DNA of 63,422 nt, filler included, from Lenisia limosa (Eukaryota; Protista; Breviatea), in the NCBI GenBank assembly GCA_001655205.1. It is 9 parts of 9 records of this genome, joined end to end, with 100 filler letters (N's around TTAATTAATTAA, not from the genome) between each part and the next. Parts side by side here need not be neighbours in the genome. Positions count along the whole stretch, not along the records: positions 1 to 1,416 come from LPNZ01002207.1; positions 1,517 to 27,767 come from LPNZ01008136.1; 7 more parts are not named here. The stretch is one strand, 5' to 3'. The stretch's first letter is position 1. Every line of letters starts with the position of its first letter. A model generated the notes under the pieces. It was not told the origin of the DNA. It made no database searches and saw only the letters and a program-made list of their open reading frames with translations. The translations under genes and the position numbers were made by a program. Shown here piece by piece: positions 1 through 11,600 of the stretch.

Positions 1-32
1 TAAAGGCCCCAATAACCCCCACCCATTCCCAC

Positions 33-1281
33 ATCTTTCAGGCAGCTTGTGGCCCAAGCACGGTCCTCAGCAACGGACAAAGCGTCACAGAATTCCCGGG
101 CAGTTTCGAACCACCATAAGTGTCCGGCTCCAACAAAGTCCTTTACTCTCTGGGGGAGTGGGAGAATTGAATTGGAAATTTTAATACACTAAAGCCAAAA
201 ATGATGTTTATTGGCTTGTAAGTATAATAATTAATACCCTTCCACTCAAATAAAGTAATATACTATCTATCTATCTTTCTATCTATTATAGACTATGATC
301 AGCCAGATATTCATATCAAATATTGTTTAATATACCTGTGTATTGTACATCTATCCCCCCACCTCCTGCCCTGCGGCCACAATTCCGCTGAACGCCTTGA
401 CCGCGTGCCGTAATCCGAAGGTATAGTGCGGGGTCGCGGGTACGGGAAGGAGCTTCGTTTGGAAGGCATGGAGCACCTGGGGGTTATACGATGGAGGATT
501 TATGAAACAAAAACAAACCCCAAATCTCCTCTATTGGCTATCAACATACAACCAGGGGAAATTATATGATGGAGGGATATTACATGTTACTTACACATAT
601 GAGTATAAACCAAAGAGAGAAAGAGAGAAGATATACTACTATATGTACATCCAGGGGGAGGGACTTGATTGAAGATGGAAAATTTTAGGAGAAAAAAAAA
701 GGGTTTACAATTTATTATTAGAATATCATTGTATGCCCAGATACTCCCCCTTTCACAACTTTGGGCTTCCCTTCGGTCCAAAAAGACCGGGTAAATATCG
801 ATATTTATCGAAGAATTATCGAGAAATTCAGTCTTTTTTTTCGGACAGCAAGGAAGCCCTAATCATCACCCCAGCCACCTTGATAGTGGCGTCAATGCAG
901 GAAGTGAGACAGTCCTTTCGGTCCTCGTCCCAAGACGCGCCATCAATTGAAGCCATTGTACGCAGAATTCTGGAGTACATAAGTGGTGGAATTGGAAAAT
1001 TGATGAAACAAAAATGCCCGATCAACTCCTTGGCTGACAAACAAGGGTTAAAAACAAGGCAATTTATTGTTTTTGAATCCGTAAACAAAAAAAAGAAAAA
1101 AAGAAAAAAAGAAAAAAAGAAAAAAAGAAAAAAAGAAAAAAAGAAAAAAAGAAAACAATAATAATAATAAAGAAAACACCACCTTTACCCCACCGTCGCT
1201 GTGTGGGCTCATCAGGCTCAGCGCACCACATAACTGCGAAGTGTCTGAGAAGGCGCGAGGGGACGGAACTGCGTCCACTCC
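33..1281 (-). CDS. Dynein heavy chain, internal fragment (AAA3 arginine-finger/lid region), 4 exons, truncated by contig ends
   Basis: Spliced exons read GRSSVPSRLLRHFAVMWCAEPDEPTQRR / ILRTMASIDGASWDEDRKDCLTSCIDATIK / VLHAFQTKLLPVPATPHYTFGLRHAVKAFSGIV / GHLWWFETAREFCDALSVAEDRAW. These match recalled dynein motifs (PRLLRHF, HYxFNLRD, LWxHExxRVFxDRL...DRxW). GT-AG introns. Confidence 0.8.
762..862. mobile_element. MITE family A copy (~100 bp, terminal inverted repeats), in dynein intron
   Basis: tgggcttcccttcggtccaaaaagac...gtcttttttttcggacagcaaggaagcccta. Same family at 34549, 36700, 37458, 55184, 62028 and others. Confidence 0.8.
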
Positions 1282-1416
1282 CTGGATTTTGTAGGTAATT
1301 AAAGGTGTGAATGAAGTAGTAATGGAGGGTTGATATTGTGAGTAAATACGTAAATGCAGGATAGAGGGTTTGTTTTTGTTGGATTTAGAAGAAAATACGG
1401 AGTATGAATATTCATC

Positions 1417-1516
1417 NNNNNNNNNNNNNNNNNNNNNNNNNNNNNNNNNNNNNNNNNNNNTTAATTAATTAANNNNNNNNNNNNNNNNNNNNNNNNNNNN
1501 NNNNNNNNNNNNNNNN
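1417..1516. other. Artificial contig linker N44-TTAATTAATTAA-N44 (also 27768-27867, 29568-29667, 32279-32378, 50751-50850, 52530-52629, 58659-58758, 62275-62374)
   Basis: Identical 100-bp layout eight times. The 12-mer has stops in all six frames. Genes are cut off at these points. Confidence 0.97.
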
Positions 1517-2766
1517 AACGGAGTTGATTTGGGCTTTTTTGTTTCATAAATTTTCCAATTTTACTCCCCTGTACACTAGCTAGCAGGATGGAATGCCGTG
1601 TATAATTATATCTTTTTGATTTCTGGTGTTGAAGACTGGGAGCCTTTTTGGCTCAAGGATTCATTATATGATCTAGTTTAATGATGTCAATATCTCGTTC
1701 TGTTGACTCGTTTACTTTTTCATTTTTTCATTTTCTGGAACCAGTTGTTTTTGTCCTGAGTGTTAGTTTTGATGCCCTTGCTGCATTTTTCACACTTATT
1801 AACAAATGATACTGTGCGTTTTTAATTGCGTTTCACTCTTATTGTTCATGATATATTTATATTACCCCGCCGGTTAATTTTGCTGCTCCGTAGGATAACG
1901 GCCTTCTTTCACTGTAGTACAAAACGGTGATTGAAGTATACCTGCTTTGGTTATTGTGTCCAGATAGATTGTATCTAACCTTTGCAGGTACGCTGGAGTG
2001 ATGGGATGCGGTGCTGNNNNNNNNNNNNNNNNNNNNNNNNNNNNNNNNNNNNNNNNNNNNNNNNNNNNNNNNNNNNNNNNNNNNNNNNNNNNNNNNNNNN
2101 NNNNNNNNNNNNNNNNNNNNNNNNNNNNNNNNNNNNNNNNNNNNNNNNNNNNNNNNNNNNNNNNNNNNNNNNNNNNNNNNNNNNNNNNNNNNNNNNTATG
2201 ATGCAATCCGACCTCCCGAGCCCGAACGACTCTGAAGAGACGGATGAGGAGGTGCTTTAGTTCTTATTTATCATGCAGTTTTGACGTTTTGTTTCTTTCC
2301 TTTCACGAGTTTTTTTGGTCAGTTCATCACTCGAAGGGCGATGATGCATTTGCCCCTCCTTTGCTCCTATGCGCCCCTTTTTCAACAAGTTTATTCTGTT
2401 CCGCCTGGCTTCAGCCGCCAACAATCCCTCTTGTACACTCCTGCTAAACGCAATCAGTCAACCAAAAACAACACATGGAGCCTGGTCCTGGCTGGGCACC
2501 CAGACTGCAGACACCCCAGCACCCAAAGCACGTGCAACTTCCCGAAATGAAAATTGTGTGAATTTTAATTTGTAAGTTGCTTGTATGGGGACACCCAAGG
2601 GACACCTCCAAACCACTTTACACTGAAAACTAATTACACCACTTCTTTTGTGCGAAATCGGCGCGAAAAGCAACCTCTTCCCCATCTGCCACAACCCCCA
2701 ACAAAACCATCCATTCAGATTATCACCAACTTCATTCCTTCACTCATCCATTAAGCTGTTGCTGAG

Positions 2767-5600
2767 ATGCTGGTTCTGGTAGGACTTCTGAGCTTGTCCC
2801 TTCTCCAGGCGGCCTTCGGGTGGAGCAAGTGAGTGGTTCTTTCTGCCTCGGAGGGCTGAAGTGAGTCAAGTCTTACACCCTAGGATTGATGGAGCAGGCA
2901 TTGCTGAAGTTGAGAACCTCAGGTTTGGACACAATAACTCTGTTGACCCAATTCAACATATTCTAATCTTTGGAAACACAACATGAACTGTCGTTCACAC
3001 CCTATTATTTTTTATCGATATCTTTATTTTTATTTCTCATTGCTATATATTATTATATGCAGTTTATTTTAGCATAATATGGGTTTAAGTTAGTGACCCT
3101 TCAGACTGGTCAGCCCCCTCCAAGGCTCCAATGTCATCGTTTCTGATAACATCGGTAAGGCAACTCGGCAATTCCCAACTCATCATTGACGAGAGTATAA
3201 TGCAACTTTGTGACTCACCTTAGATAAATGTACACTATATCATATATATTGTTTTGTTACTTAATCCCCAGCGGTGGTGGGACTCACCAAAGGCTAGCGA
3301 ACTTTGTATATGTTTTTGTGTTTTTGTCATCTGGTCTTTGTCTAGTTTTAGCGCTGGTATCGCTTTTTTGTTGTTGTTTTTTTTTGTTTTGTTTTTTTGT
3401 AGTCTTGATTGGTACCTTTACACTCGTCTTCTTCATCGAAATTTCCTTCGTTTTACTCCCCTTGTACAGCCTCTGGACAAGTTACCCAGGATAAACTATC
3501 TCTTTCCGACCCCGTTAACCCCTCTGACGCTGTGACGAAGGTGAGGGGTGCTGAAACATCTGTGGTCATTCCACCTGCTTCACAGTCACTGATCTCTTGA
3601 GAGTGCCCTTGAAACCTACTTCAGTGAATACACAGCCCCCATTGTCAAGGGTGTAACTTTGGTGGGGGGGGGGGGGNNNNNNNNNNNNNNNNNNNNNNNN
3701 NNNNNNNNNNNNNNNNNNNNNNNNNNNNNNNNNNNNNNNNNNNNNNNNNNNNNNNNNNNNNNNNNNNNNNNNNNNNNNNNNNNNNGCCGACAGTGTTCTT
3801 TTTACTTTCAAAACTTCCCATTGTGGCGGACAACCAAGTGACAATGTAGAACCCCACAACAAGTACTGTTATCGTCGCTGTCCCGACTGAAATCGCTGAA
3901 CTCAATGTGGAGTACTCTGTTCTGATTTCAGTCCAACACGCTGCTTATGAGAACGTATGTTGGGGCCACATGACTTGGTATACGACTTGTCTTACACATC
4001 CTCCAGAGAATGGCGATGCTGAGCCCAACCAGAGTGTGTACTAGGATGACTTCTTCAATTTCCATTACTACTTATTCATCAAACACAGTGGGTGGGGGGG
4101 GGGCTCATGGTATACTATGAGAAGGTGTCCCTTCATTTCGGAAAAGAGCAATAGATACTGATTGAAAAGTTGTGGAGAAATGAAAGCCCGATATATCCGT
4201 AAACGTGGTAGTTCTTGAGCAGCTTCGTTAAAGTTTATAGGAAGCCGTGGTTGCAGAATCTCTTCATGTCATCTTTGTTGCTCCTGGAATTGACTCAAGG
4301 GCTGTAACAATGGAAACTGTTAGCGTAAATAGACTTATAATTATATGTTGTTTCATCCCCTTCGTTTTCTTACAGGTTTAGAAATCCGTTGTATCAGATC
4401 AAGACCCCTGTAAGAGGAATAGAGGGGCCATTTATGACCTTTTTTTTTGTTTTTACGTAATATTTATTTCTATTGTAACTTTTCAGTGCTCTTAGCCCCC
4501 TTCCCTTTCGATCGAGTTGTCTTTGTCCAGCCCATTTCAGACACAGCAGTTGTATCTGTATGAGGGTTTCCAGCCTAAGGCCATTGATTATTTCTGAACT
4601 CATTTTTTTGACACATCCACCCTTTTCCCTTAGCCCTCTAGAATAGATTCCTTCTCAGCCAGGATGCATCCCACAAGTCTGTTCAGTTCTACTCATTCAC
4701 TACTGGTGCTGAGTAAGCTAGTCCCCTTCCTTTTTTATTTTCTATTTTCCTTCATAACACACTCTATTAACCTACAGTTACACTGGAGATTATTCGTTGA
4801 CCACTTTTGCTGAGCACAGTTCATCTCTTTACGAGTCTCGTATTGTGGGTAGTTACATTTCTGGCGGACTTCCAGTCGATAAGGTTTGTTCGGCATATGT
4901 GATATGTGATACACGCATGTGTTTTGGAGAAGGCTATGACAATACAGGTATACTTCACACAGACCTACAGCACACCCCCAACAGTGGTTCTCAATATTCA
5001 CGATATCAATAGGAGTGGTGCAACAAATTGCAGTTAGTGGACATGTGGTTTTTTTTTTTTGACAGAGAGTAACATTGTTTCACTGTTCTAGTACTAGAAA
5101 CGGTGACTACAACTTACTTCACGTACAATTGCTTTGTCTACTCCAACCCTTCTGTTGTTGGCTGGGATTGTGAAGCTTTTTGAATGGTTCTTTTTAATGT
5201 CCTTCCTTTATATCATTAGAACTTTATGGATCGTCTTTTCTACATCGCAGTAGCCAGCAGTTAAGTTTTGTTCAATGTACAATCACGTATACTATACGAC
5301 GTAGATATTGTATTTTGTATCAATCATACAATATATAAGATAATATGGTGTCTCGGAGTATTGTTATAGTTCTTTGCTTTGAGCTGTGTTGAGGAGGAAT
5401 AGCTGCATTACTTAAAGTGAACTATATCCATGCCTAACAAATACCAGCAGCACAGTGGGCTGGGTGTCATTACCCAGTGGAGAGCGGTATCTGCAAAAGT
5501 AAAAAAAAACTGACAGCAGGAGAATTGGCCTTCACAGTGTATTCTATTCTTTCCAGTCCCGCCAAGGCCGACCTTTGAAGATCTCATATCAAAGCGGATG
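2767..5600 (+). CDS. Multi-exon secreted/surface protein of unknown function (may be two genes; 3' end unresolved)
   Basis: ATG 2767 gives signal-peptide-like MLVLVGLLSLSLLQAAFGWS. The first exons join in consistent phase (KIDGAGIAEVENLRLVSPLQGSNVIVSDNI / ASGQVTQDKLSLSDPVNPSDAVTK). Later coding-like exons include NPTTSTVIVAVPTEIAELNVEYSVLISVQHAAYEN and YTGDYSLTTFAEHSSSLYESRIVGSYISGGLPVDK. Confidence 0.5.
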
Positions 5601-5661
5601 ATCACCATTAATGAGCGGACGGTGTTCTGATTCGGAGAGAAGATGGGTCGATTCTAGACAG

Positions 5662-8600
5662 TCAATGCGATCTTCCGTCCCAGCCCCAATGCGGGTCCCT
5701 CCTACCACCGTGGTTTCCCCTTCGTTTATTTTTCTTCATATATTCAAGAGAATACTTGTCTTTTCGTACTTCTTCGTCCAAAGCGGCGAACTAAAATGTA
5801 ATATCGGAAGAGCCCTATACCGAAAGGCTTCGGATCTCTGGGTTCTTCAAGAGAGTGTACGCCTTCCACCACCGACGCTTGGCTCGTGACGGGCGCGCTA
5901 ATCTGTCAGCCACCTTTGGAGGTATCGGCAAGCTATTGTAGACAGCAAGCACGCAGATTCAATAAAATTTATACAATAAACCATCTATTAGGAACCACCT
6001 TTATCGCGGGAGAGCAAAAGATGACAGAACGTCCACTTGAGGGGGTTGTTATTCTCAGCATGCGACACAACCATTGCCATAACTGAGAAGTCAGATATAA
6101 AGGAAACACTCCGTCACGCAATTCCCTTTGCTCACAGCAAGAATACGCGGTGTCACTTGAAGGGTCAAAATGAGCTTCACGTTCACTTTGCCCACAGTAG
6201 CCAGTCGGCCGATCGGTCCTGGCAAACCGTCCAACTGCCTAATGCGGTAAAAACTGTCTATGGATTTTAGTGGAGATCACAGATTGAAGACTACGAATAA
6301 CAGTTGTTCATGACACAATACCACCCACAAACGTAAAAGATGTTGAAGACGAACCAAACAACAGCAGTAAACAGACCGCCAGTGGAGAAGGCTATCATTG
6401 CCACCAAGTCGTACACTGCAAACACTGCGGGACTGGAGGGTCAGATTTCTGTCAAACATGCTTAATAGTTTAGAATTGGAAGAGATAAAATGTAGAGCAA
6501 CCAAACGTGTTTTAGAAAGGAGCCTTATGATGTTCAACCGAAATAACACATGATTCGAGCGGCATTTCCGCCAGTCTTATGCATGATACCACTATTGCTG
6601 TGGGTATTCAACCAACAATTGGACTTTCGTGTCGATGGTCAGCAGGCTGCCGATGAACGGTAAGGTCACTCGGAAGAGGGTAGTCAATGATACTGGGGTG
6701 TTAGGAGCAGGTATAAAAGTTGATAAATGAGATAATGCAACATCAACAGCTTTCCTTGATAAACTTGGGGTCAAATCAGCATCCCCGAAGCCTACGAAGA
6801 ATTACAGCGATTCTCCAAACAAAGCATACTGCAGCCCATACACTGCCGTTTGTGAGGTATATCACTATAGCAAAGGCTGGAATGCTCAGAGTGATGGCAA
6901 TGAGTGTGCACAGCAGTCGGGATACCTTGTCAGTTAAGCTTGAATTGGCAAGACAATTACGTTGAAAGGCTTGATGGGAATGAGAAAGGATGTGTATTTG
7001 AAATTTTGGAAACCTATCATGGTGAACAGAGAACTAAACCCATTTCACGCTAATAGTAATCCAGGCCACCTGTATTCCGACGAAGAATGACGCCATCCAC
7101 GGGGAAAAGTCGGCAGGCTTCTGGAACATTCGGCCTGCTCGAAGCTCAAGGGTCTGCCAAGTAATAGTGTGCATGGTTCCATTATCAAATTGCAATCAGA
7201 TAGAAGAGTGTTGCCATAAAAAATGATGCTTGTTCAAACCTTCATTTTGACCGAGTGAAACACCTTGGTCCAGAAGGAGAGTAGAAATAAAAGCGCCAAA
7301 CAAAGGCCAATTCGAAAAGCAATTTTCATGACCATCTCGAAGACTGTCAGGAAGCCAACAATCTACAATTGTCAAGGTTCATTCAATCTACAATTGTCAA
7401 GGTTCATTCAATCTACAATTGTCAAGGTTCATCATTCAATCTACAATTGTCAAGGTTCATCCAATATTATTGTATGTCTCTATGCTAAATAGATAAACGG
7501 ATATTTCCATCAACTCCGTTCCATACAAATATCTCAGAGAATTGAGGCATAAGCCCAGCCAACAAATTTCCTCGTCTTGTATCCGGCTGTTTGTATGCCC
7601 AGAAAGACGACGTTGTCAGACATGGGCTGACCAAACATGATCCCTGAAGTCATGAACACTTCAATGAGTGCACTTTATTACAATGCTTATCATTTAATTT
7701 AGTCTTTCAAGATAGAGTTGGTGATGCTCATAGGACTCACCAGGAAGACTAAAAAGCATCAAAAGAGTATTCTCGAGTCCCTGTTCATCTACACGATGTA
7801 AGAAACAGACGACCTCAAACCATTAGGGTTTTGATCATCACCGAAAATGGAGTTCAGTTCGTTCACACTGATATCATGTGTGCCTAAACTGTCAGAGGCA
7901 ATATCCACCACTGGTAAAAGAAGGCATTTAAAGTTGTAATATATTGAATTAGATGATACTCAAGAAGATGGGGGCCAACTTTCGGCATTGATCAACCTAT
8001 TTCTCATGTTGTGTAGTTCACACTCGTAAATGAGTGCAGTGGTCTTGGCCTGTGGGGTGAGAACGGCACAACAAGGTATCGAATACATATCATAGGTAGT
8101 TACCACATGATATATTATATTACATACTCTGTATATATTATTATGTAATAGTATGTATATGTATATCATACATTTTGCTAGATGTATATGATGTGCATAT
8201 ACTATATGTGTAAATGAGAAATGAAACAAGGGTGTGTGTATGGCCGAAGCCGTCCACAGCGTATTGGTATTGGATCCAATCATTTGTCTTACAACAATGT
8301 ACAGAGATTTAAGAGTGCAATGACCCCCACTTGGAGACATCCGACAGACATCCATCGTAGGCCAGCTTCTACCAAAAGAACCAGAACAATGAAGGCCTAT
8401 ATATGTCAGGTCAACAGTCAGAAAAAAACAGGATAAATTGACACTGGGGATCAGTCCTCACGACTGAGAAAGAAAACAGTGATAATATAATAAACCTTAC
8501 AAGTAGAGAGTAGAAGAAGGCCAATTTGAGGCGAAGGGGGTAGTAGAAAGGGCGATCCAACTTTTGGTGATTGTGAAGGGGCTAGAACAAATCAAAGGGC

Positions 8601-11600
8601 ATGATGGCCGTCCAAAGTCACCAAGACGCCTACTTGAGGCCACAAGTACTGTTTGAACATGAGCTTCATGCGGAGGCCGAAACAAACAAAAACATTGGAT
8701 ACCTGTTGGGTTAAAGGGATAGGAAAAACAGTATCCCAACATATGATGGCATACTAGCCAACCTGGTAATAGATAACTTTGTCTTCGGTCACCGATGTTT
8801 GGTCGAACCCCAGGAATGTATACAGTCGTCTAAATGGATGGGATTCGTTGATTTAAAGAAACTTATTGAGAGCAGACATAATGAAAACTCTTGACTTTAT
8901 CAAGAAATTCTTTTAATTTTGAACAAAAAAGAAGCCCCAACAATGTCCACGCCCACATTCTTGCTTTTTGCCACCAGTCCAGGGTTGGCCTTGTCCTGAG
9001 GGGTGGGAGCAGCAGCTTTCGGGTGTACCTCAGATGAGACATAACAAACCGCGTTGTCGTTGGTTTCAGCCTAGAAGGAAATGAACGAAGAAGAATGTTG
9101 AAGAAAGCAGAACCCTGTTGGAAGAAATACTCAGAAAGGTGCCATTGTACCCACAATCCTCCGCACCAGTAGTACTGTACCAAGGTTGCGAAGGTGAGTA
9201 CAAAGAGGGACCACGCGTTGATTTGCATTATTCGTATCAGGAATCGTTGGAATATATCGTGTGTGTTGGGGTCACTACAAAGTTAAAGCGCTTCAAAGGA
9301 GCAGTTACAACGAAGAGGCAATGGGCGAGATGTTCCCACATACACTTTGATAAGGTTGTTTTGGAAGATTACAGCACTGAGAGCGAAGACCAATCCGATA
9401 ACAAGGGTCCATGAGTTCTTGCGTCTAGGGGTTGTGAACAAAGAATGTTGCATTTGGAATATCTATAATAACAACCACGACAAACCTTGTAACAGCCAAG
9501 AATGATGGGACACAGGCAAAACCAAGAAGAAGAACAGTCCTATCAAAAGACTCTAAGTGTAATAAACGTGTTCAGTAGAGCAACAAGTACCACATCATGA
9601 ATATAATAGCCAAAAAGCCCTCGGTACCTAATGAAACCGGGATGGGCCGTTTGGGATTGAAAAACTCGAAATCAGCGGATCTTAGGGTCAAGACATCAGC
9701 CAGGTTGAAGAGGAGGAACTTCTGTCCGGATTGCGCCGTTTTAGAGAGACTATTGAATGAGAGTTGGAAGGGAAGTGAAAGCAAGTGATAAGTGTTTATC
9801 AATACTAAAACCCAACCCTGAGAAAGAGATCCAAAAGGTGCCCTGTTTATAATAAGCAGTGCTGACAACTGGACCCTCATCAATACTCCCATCTTCATTC
9901 TAAAAAAATAAAATGGTCCAACATTGAACGCATAAACAACAAATCGCACACAAAATCAAAATAGATATAGTAAGGGTAACTTACATAGAGAGTGTACCAG
10001 CATTGGACATTGTTCTGGATCTAGAGTGTTATCTCTTATATCGTATTATTAGAAAGCGCGATCATAACCAATCACTACCTCAGTTAATGTAGAGTTCATG
10101 CTGAATTCAATCATCTCAAATTGGGTTTCAGGGGTCTAAACACATCAAATGGAAATGTTAATCCTAAGCATCCAGTAGCATTGGCCCAACCCTCTTACAA
10201 CAATATAAGAGCCAAACTTGCCATCTGGACCATGGCTCTCAATCTCGACAAAATGTTCCTGTTTGGTGAGGATTTGGTGAGATAAAGGGTGGAATTTTGT
10301 AATCAGCCAGAAAGAAACCACATCGGTTCGATAAGCTCTTTAAAAGATCATTTTATTTGGTACCAAATTAAAATCCGCTCGTGACCCACCTTATGTTCAT
10401 ATTCTGGAAAAGGAGAGCCGAGCAATAGGGGTTCCGAGAGGGCAGTGATGAGTCCGGACTGCGCTTCAACATGATATATTCCTGGGGGTCAATATGGCAT
10501 AATATTCTTGGGAGTAATGGAGACCAAGACTGAATCATTAATAAGCATAAGCATCCACATACCCGAGCCTCCAGAGTCAATTTTGGCATATACGTCGGTA
10601 TGGCCTGTTTCGTCCGTAATCAGGCCTTTTTCGAAAGACAAAAGGGGGTAATTCGTACCAGCTGCAAGTGGGTCAAATAGAGAACTGAGCAAGAATATAG
10701 AACTCTGGACTGGGGCAGTTCAAAGAAGAGTTTCATAGTTTTTCGGTAATATCATCCTTTTCCATATAAACCATGATGTATTTTAACTTGTCTATACTAC
10801 GTTTCAAATATCGAACAAATGGTAAGGAAACTATGACAGGATCCACTCACGGCAGGTTTGCGGTGTACATGTGTCACTGCACAACAGCTTCATCAACGCC
10901 TTGAATCCAGGGTCGGTGGTGATGATGTAGCCTAGGTCAATGAGTGTCATGAGGATCTCAGACTCAACAGCAAAATAGCATAGATTCAGTCAGTTCAAAG
11001 GTGTCTCATTTTCAATCAGGCCTTATTGTAAAAACAAGTAATAGAGAAAGACATACTAGAGTGACCATAGAAGTTAAGGACCTACCATGGAAAAGATCAA
11101 CTGAAAGGCTGTGGGAAACCAGACACTTGTAACACTAATGGATCAGCACAGCAATACTCATTTGAAGTTCCATATGTATTTGACAAGAAACGGGCAGGAA
11201 CAGCTCACGTCATCGGATTTCGAGTTCTTCGGCAGGCCCCAATACGTCGCCCTTTTCAAACGAAACGAAACAGGGGAGCCGGCCACACCGCCGAACTAAT
11301 CCGTCAACTCGCAAGACAAAAGGGTTTCATCACACGATGTTGGCCAACCTCATTAGTAAGCTGACTGGAAAGAAGAACATGGGAAGCGAGGGAGGTGAGA
11401 GCCGTATTAGGATTAAGTTCTGAAGGCGTCAGACAGTCTATATTAATGCGTAGGTAAACATTCTCTTTTATAAAACTCTCTCACAAAATCCTCAGAGAAC
11501 CCCCCTCCACGGACCCTTATTGACCGAAACATCGATTTTGTCGACTCTGTCGGTGCAGCCGAAGTTCAGTACAGCCAGTTGCTGCCCAAATGCCTGAGGT

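Noticed and set aside
1874-2260. ORF-track entries containing X runs (here and throughout)
   Set aside because: They are open only because they read through N gaps.
4375-4412. Integrin-beta-like NPLY tail (FRNPLYQIKTP)
   Set aside because: No preceding TM helix or integrin domains, and the frame is uncertain.
5548-5630. Kinase C-lobe motif PPRPTFEDLI
   Set aside because: No upstream kinase motifs (HRD, DFG, APE), and another frame is equally plausible.
5950-6000. Stop-codon reassignment (minus-strand NRWFIV*ILLN looks like a STRA6 motif with TAA as Tyr)
   Set aside because: The TAA lies in a plausible intron (gtataa...caatag), the real motif is at 5833-5886, and TAA/TAG act as stops in HTATSF1 and at 31775.
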